From the human T2T-CHM13v2.0 reference genome, Homo sapiens, in the NCBI RefSeq assembly GCF_009914755.1, contig NC_060947.1: a stretch of 64,000 nt of DNA. One strand, 5' to 3'. Under the pieces are notes generated by a model, which was not told where the DNA came from, made no database searches, and saw nothing but the letters and a program-made list of their open reading frames with translations. Of the stretch, positions 47,731-64,000 are shown piece by piece (position 1 is the first letter of the stretch; each line of letters starts with the position of its first letter). The position numbers and the translations under genes were made by a program.

Positions 47731-48651
47731 GTACAGTCTGGGTTTTACAATTGCTTTCCTTCCATGGGGTGCTGAATTTGTCTTTTATACTTTCTCTTTG
47801 GTTCCTGGGAAACTGTCATAAAGTCAGCATGTTCCACATTTTGCCACCCGTATACTTTTCCTCGTTAAAATGATCTGAGTCATCGAAAGGTTTGTGTTAT
47901 ACATGCTTTTCAGTTTTATTTTGTAAAATGTTCTTTATTGCATAATGTTCTTTAATGTTTTTGCCTGCTGGGAAAAACATCTGATCTCCACAAAGTATTT
48001 AAAGAGGCCCGCTTGAGCTCGTTCTCCATTCTTGATTGGGTTATCAGCTGTCAGTTCTGTCCCAAATTAGAGAAATGTAAAGCTGGCTTCCTACCATGAG
48101 GCTGGAGAAGTGAGCTCGGGAGGAGGATCTCACGCCCAGCAGTGTTCCCCTGGAGGCCCTATTGCATTACCGACATCCATTGGGATTTCTAACCAGACAC
48201 ACCTCATCACATCTGGGCAGATGTGGCCAAGACACTAAGAAGCCACACATGGGATGGTGGGGACTGTGGCGGGGGAGCCCAGGAAAGCTCGTCCATATTC
48301 AGGAGCCCTGGCTGAAGGGACTTTAGCCTTTTGGTGTGGGTTGTCATGACTCCCTGGGGGGATCTTTGGTTGACTAAGAGGCTCAGGGGAAGATGCGGCT
48401 ACTAGTCTTAGTTAACCAGAAGGTGGCTGTCTTTACTTTGTTACCTAGGTAAATAGACACAGATAAGCTGTCTGAACTGTGTGTGACCCAGCCGCCTGAG
48501 GGACCCATATACCTTTTCTCCAGCAAAAGATAGGAGATGCTGTTTGTGTTCATACTGGGGCAGGGAGAGGGCAACATTTGCTTACTTATTTATTTAGAAT
48601 AAATGTTCTTTATTTATTTTTACATTTGTAAGATTTTAAATTGACAAGTTA

Positions 48652-49044
<393 letters not shown>

Positions 49045-49159
49045 TTAGGGCAAATGGGTGGTGAACAAAAATCTAAAAAGAAGGTGTGGGTTTGGATTCA
49101 GCTGGCAACCCCTGAACATGGTGCCGTGCACCTGCCTGAGTTGCTGTGATCAGTGTCAG

Positions 49160-49722
<563 letters not shown>

Positions 49723-50217
49723 TAGGCACCCATTCCCGTCCAGGATGCCAGGTTTGTTCAGCCTTCTGCGGGGAGCGCACTCCTGACTGCAGAATGATTT
49801 TGATGTTTCTGATGAGACTGGGCCACCGACACATAATCACAGTTGGAGGGCTCTGAATTTTTGACTGAACCGGCAAGCGTGTGACACAAAATGAAATGGC
49901 AAGACAAGGCATGAGCAAGAAGGGGAGCATAGGACTTGGGTTTCAGCCAAGCTTCTTTGGGATTGGCCAGGTGGGATGCCAGGCAGTAGGGTTCTGAGCC
50001 GGTGGGGTGGCATCCACGGCACCCCTCTCCTTTCCAGGGTTTTACACATGGACTGGAAGGCAGGAGATATATATGGGGTGGCAGGTATATCTTGTAAAAG
50101 CTCCCAAGAGGTTCTTTAAGCTTTGGTAGCCTCTCCTCAACCCTCTTGGAGTTAGTGGCAGTATCCTCACTAGTCTCCTGTTAAGAGGATGGCGGTAACA
50201 GCAGATAGTCTGCTTTT

Positions 50218-50540
50218 GGTGTGCGTGTGTGGATGTCTCCCTGCTTGCGTGAGTGTGTGTGTGTATCTGTGTATGTTTACGGGTGTGAGTGTGTGGGGGG
50301 GTGTGAGTGTGCATGTGTATTTCTACACGTTTGTGTGTGTGTGTCTTTGTATGTGTATGAGTGTTCATGTGTCTGTTCGTGTGTGCCTGTATGTGTGCCT
50401 GTGCATCTCTTTGCTTGTATGTGCATGTGTGTGCACATGTATATGTGTATGTGAGTGTGTGAGTATCAGTGAGCATGTTTGGTGTGTGTGTGTGTGTGTG
50501 TGTGTGCGCGTGCGTGCACGCGCAGGTATGTGTCTGTGTT
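50218..50540. repeat. Degenerate (TG)n tract ending in a pure (TG)n-(CG)-rich segment
   Basis: gtgtgtgtgtgtgtgtgtgtgtgtgcgcgtgcgtgcacgcgc near 50482-50524. Confidence 0.9.
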
Positions 50541-50590
50541 TGGAGCTAATGTAACCACTCAGTTTTTGGCTGTTAATAAATGCTGGTCTT

Positions 50591-50898
50591 GGCTGGGCGC
50601 AATGGTTCATGTCTGTAATCCCAACACTTTGGGAAGCTAAGGTGGGAAGATTGTTTGAGTTCAAGACCACCCGGGACAACACAGCAAGACCCCATCTCTA
50701 TTAAAAATAAAAGAAAATTAGCTGGGCATTGTGTGCACACCTGTAGTCCCAGCTACTCAGGAGACTGAGGCAGTAGGATCACTGAAGCCCAGGAGTTCGA
50801 GGCTGCAGTGAGCTATGATTGCAGCACCGCACTCCAGTCTGGGCAACAGAGCAAGACCTCGTCTCTTAAAAAAAAAAAAAAAAGAAAAGAAAAAAAAA
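50591..50898 (+). mobile_element. Alu (J-like)
   Basis: Full Alu; TSD aatgctggtct / aatactggtct. Confidence 0.86.
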
Positions 50899-51685
50899 TA
50901 CTGGTCTGTAAAATTGCAAGGTAAAGATTTATATGACACGAAGGAAAGACAACTGAAATATAACATTACCCCTAAAGTGACAAAAGATGATGGTATTTAG
51001 AGCCCAGTGTATTTTTTGGGGAAAAAAAAAACACAAAAAAACAAAAAGCCACAGATTCTCAACTGAGTAGTAACACTTAAGTGAACAGTGGGCCTTTTAT
51101 TTTATTCCTGAAGTGACTTAAGGTGATGAGATCTCCATTAAGCCCATTTGGCAGTCTCTTGATGAAAGAAACATGCACACTGCCCACATCTGTGTGGAAA
51201 CAGTGCTCAGAGTTCTCTAGATCTGCTTGGACTTGGGATCTCACAGAAAAGTCCCTTCCAGAATACTGGTGGGTAGTCAGGAGCATGCCCCGGGTTTGAG
51301 GATACGTGGTCTGTTCTTACAGAAGATGGGTGGGAAACCCAAACAGTCCTCTCCCTCCCATAGATGACAGCCAGTTGTTCTCCAGTGTTCTGTCCTGGTC
51401 ACACGGTTCTCTCATCCTCACTCTCCCCCAACCTAGTGGAGCCACAGCTTCTTCCTGTTGAAGGGTGAACATCTCAGCTTTGTTGAGCTTTAAAGAAAGC
51501 ACTTAACATCCTGGATAAATAGTTTCACCATTGAGAGCTCTCAGTCACACACAGTTATTACCTTACAGAGGAATCAATGTGTCAACTCACCGTCAATTTC
51601 ATCCTCTTAGACACCATCCTGTTTAGGAGCCTGTGTTTTTTGGTGTGAGTGTCAATAACTCTGTAGGGTATAACCAGTTAGCTGA

Positions 51686-52580
<895 letters not shown>

Positions 52581-52819
52581 CCAAAATCAACAACAACAAC
52601 AACCTGAGTTGTGGTGTGGCCACCCCTGCGCTTAACTGTTGATTGACCATAGACGTGTAAATGCAGACGTTGCCTGCCAACGATCCGGGCATCAGGCTGA
52701 GAATGTGCGCTAGGGTTGCAAGGCATCTGTTTGGTAAAAAGCCATGTAACAGGGAGGACACAGTCTTTTCAGCCTGTGCCCAGTTTCTCCGTGTCTCTAC
52801 TAAAATCCAGATGTGCTGA

Positions 52820-55336
<2,517 letters not shown>

Positions 55337-56052
55337 TGACCATCATCTTAACCCAAGGACAGGACACACCCAGAATGCAGTGGCTGACGCCAGGGCTACT
55401 CAGCTCCAGCTGTGCGAGCATTTACCTTTTCCAGATCTCCTAGTGTCCTCTGTTAGAGGTATTTGGGGACAAAGTTGACACCTTCAAGGCAATTTAAACT
55501 GCCATATTCCCGAAAACCCACATTTTTCATTCTCGTTCTCGTTGCCATAATCTCTGGCTTTAACTGAGTTTCCCCTTAAGTAGCTTGCTCCTACCTTCAT
55601 ACTCAGCAAAGAACTTGGAGGGAGAAACTATGGAAAATGATAACTAACGCCTCTGACATGGAAATGTGTGGTTTATGTAAAAGCTTAAAATGACATACAG
55701 TAGCCACTTTTCAAACACTGATGGATGACCTTTAATATTTATAGTATTTGGGTTTTTTTAGTATTCTGTTTTTTATTTGCAAGTATTTTCAAGGATTGCT
55801 CTGGGACAAAATGTATTTAAAACACATTAAGTGATTGCACTTTATTAAGGTGAGAGTTTTGATGGTGAGAGTTAATGTCCAGCTTTCTAGAAAACTGCAT
55901 ATTTCTTAGCCCTGCTTCAAAGTGAACAGTCTCTTTCTCTCTTGCACCTACCCCCTTTGAAAGCTTTTTCTCCCTATTACATCTGCACTTGCACATCTCA
56001 AAGAAAAAAATGTTCCACAATGATAGATGCAGTTTCTTTTTAAAAGAATCCA

Positions 56053-56315
56053 GGGTGGGTGCGGTGGTGCATTTGCAGTTCTAGTACTTTGGAAGACCGA
56101 GGAAGGATGATCACTTGAGGCCAGGAGTTCCAGACCAGTCTGGGCAACAAAGCAAGACCTTATCTCTACAAAAAAAAAAAAAAGAAAAAAAACTTAAGAC
56201 AGGTGTGGCGGTGCCCAAGGAGGTTCAGGTTGTGGCGAACTGTGTTCTCACCACTATACTCCAGCCTGGGCAAAAGAGCAAGACCCTGTCTCAAAAAAAA
56301 AAAAAAAAAAAAAAG
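56053..56315 (+). mobile_element. Alu (J-like) with an internal deletion in the right arm
   Basis: Left arm, A linker, shortened right arm, A tail. Confidence 0.78.
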
Positions 56316-56770
56316 AACCACTAGTAATTTAATACAAGATACCTAATAAGTGCATGGAAAGAAGGCTGCTGGTTTGCTCTGTGGCGTCCCAGCCCTGAAA
56401 ATCCACACAGATGCTGTGAGTGTTTATTTCCACTGTTGGATACCCTGGCTTGTGGCTATTCAGCATGACCTCTGAGAATTCCATGCTTGCTCTGTCAGGA
56501 GCAAAGAATCCCAGGCTCTGACGAGTACTAGAGCTTGAGGCTTCACCGCTGTAATTTGTGACCAGCTGTATTTTATTTTATTTCTTTTGGCCAATTGTGC
56601 CACACGGTTTTACAGGCTTCACGTAGGAGTTGTTTCCTGCCCAGAACAGAAGTGGACGCGGGGTCTTATTTCAGTCATCTCAATGAAATGCTTTGTAGAA
56701 CTGCCCTGGCAAGGCAAACCCACAAATGAGGGCTTTCATAATCACAGATGTCCTGAGGAAGGCAGCTTGA

Positions 56771-56980
<210 letters not shown>

Positions 56981-57575
56981 TAACATGGCTAGACGTCTGG
57001 CTTTTGCCAAACCCAAAGCGGCTGAAATCCGGCGTGATTTCTAGCATCCCTGACGTACTGGAGGTCTGGGCAGAGCCTGTGCACCCTGCAGCCCTGCCTG
57101 GAGACACATCCCAGGGCGGGGAGGCCTTCTTACACGGCGGTGACATTTTTTGGTTCTTAAAATGGCTACTGTGTTTTCCGCACGGTGAGACTGCTTATGG
57201 AGACATAATGAGAAGTCCAGTTGAACATACTGGAGCTGCACGCTTTGCACAGAGCGCCTTATGGAAGGGCAGCTTTAGCTATCTAGCACACAGCTGTGTG
57301 CCTAGCCGCGGCCTGGAAATCAGAGTTGCCTCTAAGGATTGTTAGTAAGAAAGGAACAGGGCAGGCCTTCCTAAATTGGACCTAGTTAATGAGTTAATTT
57401 TGAGCTTTAAAATAGAAATCGAGTTAGTCACCTCCCAAAGAGAGGCTTCAAGCATCTGCAGGAACTGTGGCAGCAGCAGGAGATTAGAGCGTTTTGTGCC
57501 ATAATTCCAGAATGTGCGCCGTAGCCGCTTAGTTGAGACAAGGACAGGGTTAGATTAAATACATAGTATAATCTG

Positions 57576-57904
<329 letters not shown>

Positions 57905-59584
57905 TCATCACACGAGGAGGGCAGGCAGAGAGTGTGCGTCTCTGCAGAAGATGTGGTGCGATCTTGTTTCAAAAAGGCGGATGGAGGGATGGGAGTAAAT
58001 GCACGACAGGGTCCCCGGGTGTGGATTTTTCTGTCGCCTTGAGAATGTTGTGTGATTGCCATGACATTCACATTAAACACTGATCTCAAAACTCAAGGTT
58101 CTGTTGCAGAAATTACCAATTTAAAAGTTTGCTTTCAAGAGCCTCATGTAATGGGGTTTTATTTCATTTGGCCTTAAACAGAGCTGTTATCCTTCTACAA
58201 GGGGATCAAATATTTATGTGACTCTGCAACGACAGGATTGATATTGTGTGTGTGCTTGTGTAGGAAGTCTCTGCAGTTACTTAACAGACTCTGAGGCTGA
58301 AACCAAGAATGCGTGGGTCAGAAAGGCCGACGAATAATCCACCTACAGAATTTAGCTGTGTCTGAGAAGCACAATTAGAGCTTTATGACTGTGGATTCCA
58401 AGTAGGTCACGTGCCGAGCACCAGCTGCAGTCTGTTTTCCAAGCCAGCTCCCAGGCCGTTGAGGCTGGCCGTGCAGTGCATCGTGGGCAGTGCTCGATGG
58501 GCTCTGCACATGCAGGCCTTGCTTTGCCCGATGCCACCAGTGTATCATCTGTGCAGAGGGCACCCGTGCTGGTGAGAGTGTATAGCTCTGCTGTGCATGG
58601 AGGGGGTCGCCCTGAACAGCTGTCACGTGCAGGCTGTGTGTGAGTGAGTGAATGGCACTGTCGATACTGAAAGGGTCGAGAGGAAGCGGGGCCCCCTGCT
58701 TCATTCATCAAGGCCATGTCTCCCAGCAGACTGCATAACCACTCCAAAGAAATTAGTTCCAGAAACTCTCTGCTTTTGAGCTACCAACCCAGCAATTTTC
58801 AGAATTGTTGGGTGCGGTTTTTTTTTTGAGTGGTGAGGCGCGATGAAATTCGAGAATATGTAGGTTGAAAAGTTGTTTTCAACTTTTTTCAGAGACTCTT
58901 TAATTTCTGAAGGACCAGCAAGAAAGAATACACTTGAAAAATTTCAATGGAGAATAATAGAAGTCAAAGTTCAGGCAAGGGATTGTTCTTTGCCCACCAA
59001 AAAGAAAATCTAGAATACAAAGGTTTGAAGATACCCAGTGTTTTGCATAAGTTTCAAATAACGTAAACATGTCTGTGTAAATCATATGAAGTGCTGCTCT
59101 GATAATCGATGCGTAGCAAAAAGTATGTATTGTATTCTGTTTGGATAACAAAAGAATGTTGAGATCGGAATTGTTTTTTGTTGTTGTTGCTCATGTGAAC
59201 CAAATAGAGATAACATTTTTTGTGAAGTTCAAGATCCTGTTAATATAAAGACAAGTAGGGCAGATTGAAGTGATGATACTTTTTTTTTAAGTTACATGAT
59301 GTTTCAGAAGCTCAGAGGAGATAGAGCAAAGTGACTTCTGGCTGGGTTATGGGAGAAACAGGTGGCGTTTGAGCTAAAATAGAACTGAACCTGAGGGAGC
59401 AGACCCAGCACGTTTGCTTCCCTCCAGCTCTTCTGTCCTGAACAGCCCACCGCACCCCAGCCCCCACCCCCACTGCCATCAGAGGCTTCACCTCAGACCC
59501 ACAAGCTCAGGCATCATAGCCAGCTGGAGCCTGCTTTGGGGAAATGCTCTCTCCTGCTGACTTGGGGCCCCTTGAATGCTGGGT

Positions 59585-59970
59585 CTGTTTCCTAGTGTGG
59601 CCATAACAAACTCCCCAAGACTGGGGGACTCAAACAACAGAAGTGGATTCTCCCACAGTCCTAGAGGCTGGAAGTTCCAGAGCAAGGTGTGAGCAGGGCT
59701 GGTTCCTCCTGGGGCCTCTCTCCTAGGCTTGTAGATGCCGTCTTCTCCCTGTGTCCTCACAAGGTCGTCCCTCTGCGCATTTTTGTATCATTTCTTCTTA
59801 TAAGGACCCCAGTCCTATTGGATCAGAGCCCTCCCCAATGGCCCTAATTACCTAATTTTACCTTAATTACTTCTTCTAAGGCCCTGTCTTCCAATACAGT
59901 CACATTCTGAGATACTAAGAGTTATGGCTTCAGCACATTGATTTTGTGGGGCACAGTTCAGTCCCTAACA
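59585..59970 (-). mobile_element. MLT1 (ERVL-MaLR) solo LTR
   Basis: GGCCATAACAAAC...GAGGCTGGAAGTTCCAGAGCAAGGTGT...GGCTTGTAGATGCCGTCTTCTCCCTGTGTCCTCAC...CACAGTTCAGTCCCTAACA. Confidence 0.82.
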
Positions 59971-60514
59971 CTGGGAGAAATGTCCCTGCTTCTCCATTCT
60001 ACCTTTATAGTAACCACTTCTACCTGCTGTCAGCTCTCTCAGGAAGTGTCATCCTACCCTTGAGCTGATCAGGCTTTACGTTCATGACAGATGTGAAAGC
60101 CTTTAAGATGAAGGGAAGAGGGAGCTGTCACCCTGTGGGTGGCACAGAAGAGGGGCATTTGGCAAAACCTGACTGGAGGGCTTTTTGAGAAACCTGTCTG
60201 GAGGGTTCCTTGGCACCATGCAACTGAAGGCTGACAGCTCTGCACACCTTCTGGTTCAGTCAATCCATCTTTAAGAGTTTACCTTGAAAGTGGACATCCA
60301 CTGCCCCATGAATGTGCTAACCTCTTCAAACTGGGATGGTTTGGCAGGGGGACAGTGACTCTTAAACTCACATCACGGATGTATTTGTACACCTTCACTA
60401 TTCCTTGCTGTCTGCTGGGCTGGACCGTTGGCTCCTGGAAGATGGGATTTTACTTTTTCATTTCTCAGTACCCCGTACCTGACATAATTCCTGCACAGAT
60501 TACATGCTCAATAA

Positions 60515-61055
60515 ATGGTTGGATGGATGGAGGGACTGGTGGATGGACAGATGGGTGGTTGAGTAGACAGATGGATGGACCAGTCCTCAGGTAGATAGTT
60601 GGAGGGTGGGGAGGGTGGGTGGATGAATAGTTGGATGGATGGAAGGGTAAGTGGATAGATGGATGGATGGATGCATGGATGGATACATGGATGAGATGTA
60701 GGGATGCATGGATGGATAGATGGATGAATGGAAGAGTAAGTGGATGGATGGATAGATGGGTGTGTGGATGGATGCAGAGGTGTATGGATGGATGGATGGG
60801 AGGGTAAGTGGTTGGATGGACGAATGGAAAAGTAAGTGGGTGGGTGGGAGGATGGATGGATAAGTAGATGGATGGATGAAAGGGAGGGTGAGTGGGTGGA
60901 TAGATGGATGGATAGAGGGGAGGGCAAGTGGATGGATGGATACATGGGTGCATGGATGGATGGAGGCATGGGAAGGTGGATGGATGAGTGAATGGGAAGA
61001 TAGAAGGATGGGTAGGTGGATGTATAAACAGATGGATTGGTGGCTGAATGGATAA
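60515..61055. repeat. Degenerate (TGGA)n simple repeat
   Basis: About 540 bp of ggatggatggatgg variants; source of the His/Pro/Ser/Ile ORFs on the minus strand. Confidence 0.92.
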
Positions 61056-62156
61056 ATACCAGGCTGACCTTCCTTGAGTTAGTCTTTCTTGATTGTGGTG
61101 AATAATCTTTCCATATTGGTACATTGTGTGTCCTAAAATTTTATTTAGAATTTTAGTTTACACACTAGTAAGTGAAATGGCCTTTATTTATCCTTCTGCA
61201 CTAGCATGGCATTTGGAATCAAGAAGACATAAACATCTCAAAATAAATTTGGTAGCACAGATTTGTTTTGGGTATGAGATTTTAGACCTTGTAGGAAAGT
61301 TTAGAGGTACCACATTTGTTCGTTGCTCCTCAATTTCGAGAGGCCTTGGGTGAGGACTGTGTTCTGGGTGGCTCCAGAGACTGGCACTGAAATGAGATCT
61401 GGGGGCGGCCCCCTGGAGCTGTGGGTGCTGGCAGTGTCTTCCTTCTGTGCCTTCTTGCAGCCACTTCCGCCCCCGCCTGCAGGAGCCACTGCCAAGCACT
61501 GATGAGCTGGCACTGACCTCAGGCTTGTATTTTGTTGGGACAGATGGGAGGGGAGGCAAAGAAAGAGAGTATATCCTAAATCCCAATACCAGCTGCAAAA
61601 TTGAATGCATACGAAATAGAGCTCTTTAGGGAAAAATTTGCTTTCATATAATATGTATAAACAAGCTAAATGAACCTGAGGGTCATCTTCCTGGATGTTT
61701 TCCCTGAGAGGTGACTTGGTGTACAGAGATTCATGTGAAGACCAATTTTTCATTTACAAAACAAGCTCCTTCATGTAGATTTCAGAATAAGTAACAGAGA
61801 TTTATCATCCAAGCTCTCCCCCTCATTTGTCACTTTAGGGCAGATGTTTGCTTTCCCTGGCCTTCAATTAGCTCAGGGCAATTGAAGCTTTCCATTCTGA
61901 GCTGCTGTGCTAGGTAATTATGAATAGACTGTGCTGGATCGGGTCAGGATAAAAAGGTGAAACTTGATCTTGGAATTTTGTCAGGGCAGAGCCCAGCATT
62001 CTGCATAGCTTTGTACAGTGTAGTACTGCATGCTGAGCAGAAAGGTTCTTGTGCAGGGAGTACTTGCGGATGTAACACCCTCACCCCAGAAGGGATAAAC
62101 GGTAGCTGTAGGAGAGAGCCTGCGGCATGGGTCTAGCGGACTTCCCTTTATGTCTT

Positions 62157-62518
<362 letters not shown>

Positions 62519-62852
62519 TAAGAAACCCAGGACCGAGACAGGCGGCCACCCGTTTGTTTACTTTTTGGTTTGGTCGCGTGATTCTAGATTATTTAGAAGG
62601 AATAGCTTTCAGGTGATAGTTTATGGTTACAGGATTTCGGCTAAGGAGGAGAAGCGGGAGCAGGGAGGCAGATCCACAAAGCCCTCGTGTGGAGGGAGAA
62701 GTGTGCAAAAGGAGGGTGAAAGTGACCAATGCCCCAAGATGCCAGAGCTGAGGGAAGCCAGAGGGAAATGCAGAGGAAAATTTAACTCAGGCATCTCAGT
62801 TCTAGATGGGGCAGGTAAGCAGTCTTCTACAAACAGAATTTGTGTCATTGAG

Positions 62853-62990
62853 CAGGGCACAGTGGCACGTGTCTCTAATCCCAGCACTTTGGGAGTCTGA
62901 GGCAGGAGGATCACTTGAGTCCAGGAGTTCGAGACCAGCTGGGGCAACCTAGCAATACTCTATCTCTACAAAAAATACAACAGTTGCTGC
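62853..62990 (+). mobile_element. Alu left-arm monomer
   Basis: GGGCACAGTGGCACGTGTCTCTAATCCCAGCACTTTGGGAG...CTACAAAAAATACAA. Confidence 0.78.
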
Positions 62991-63480
62991 CCCATGGTTG
63001 GGTGCCAACATACGTAGCTGTACTCGCACAGGATCCTTGATCCCTCATGTGACTCCTAGGCTGTGGCCTGAGACTTGCCTTTCCAGAAGAATCCAGCCCT
63101 GTGGAAAGCTGCCCCTTTGTTTCCCAGCAGCCCCATCCCTGGAGCCCCCAGCGGCCTCTCTTGGGGGAGAGACTCCCGTAGCACGTGCTGACGTGGCAGC
63201 CCCGCTCTGCTCTGCCTCTCCTCTGGCCTCCTTTCTTGTCAGCTGGCTGCGTTCTTCAAAGCTCTCAGCCTCTGGGCCGACCTTGGCTGCGTTCGCATGT
63301 TACGGGATCCTTTGGGGCTTTCACCTTTCTCCAGAGAGCTACCTGGAAACATAGATGTCCATTCTCCCCTTTAGCTTCTTCCAGCCTCCATTCCTCTTGG
63401 CTGTGTCCTAGTCCAGTCCTCCACCCAGATTGGGCTGAGGTGACACAGACATCCACCCAGAAGGCTGTACAGATTGATAA

Positions 63481-63772
<292 letters not shown>

Positions 63773-64000
63773 AATGTGTTCATTTTTAAAGTTTGACTTA
63801 AGAGTCCCATAGATTCAGTGTCTTATGTGGCAGTTAGGTCCTTGCAGTTAGTCTCAGAAATCGATTTAGCTCATCTGTTTTCTGAAGGCCCACACATTTG
63901 AAATAAAAAAGGAAATAGTTCTGAGTCACCTCCTTCTCAATATAAATAGAAAATGCATTCAAATATTCCCACAAGTTTTGTGTCTTTTAAATCTGCACAA

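Noticed and set aside
50042-50682. Cys/Val-rich and His/Thr-rich ORFs
   Set aside because: Translation of the degenerate (TG)n tract
60465-61124. 219-aa His/Pro/Ser-rich minus-strand ORF
   Set aside because: Translation of the (TCCA)n simple repeat

Overview
Human intronic/exonic DNA from the middle of SHROOM2 (APXL, Xp22), + strand; human origin is supported by AluYb8 and AluYa5 insertions. Four canonical coding exons join in frame with GT-AG borders: exon 2 (32244-32395, second half of the PDZ domain), exon 3 (49590-49721), the large exon 4 (52972-55312, proline-rich motif and ASD1 actin-binding domain) and exon 5 (56804-56904). Exon 1 and the ASD2 exons lie outside the window. The introns hold about 40 Alu elements, old L1/MLT1/MER fragments, an Alu-interrupted HMGN1 processed pseudogene (-), a Y3 RNA retrocopy (-), a 51-bp minisatellite abutting exon 3 and simple repeats. 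I see no self-contained novel system such as an operon or CRISPR array. The best lead is a frame-preserving 105-nt candidate cassette exon in intron 2 (47626-47730) encoding a basic amphipathic helix; a competing upstream acceptor would instead create a stop overlapping a start (ATGA). Other leads are two local templated duplications, a twin-primed micro-inverted L1 and a tailless Alu. Repeat subfamily calls and most repeat boundaries are by eye and approximate.
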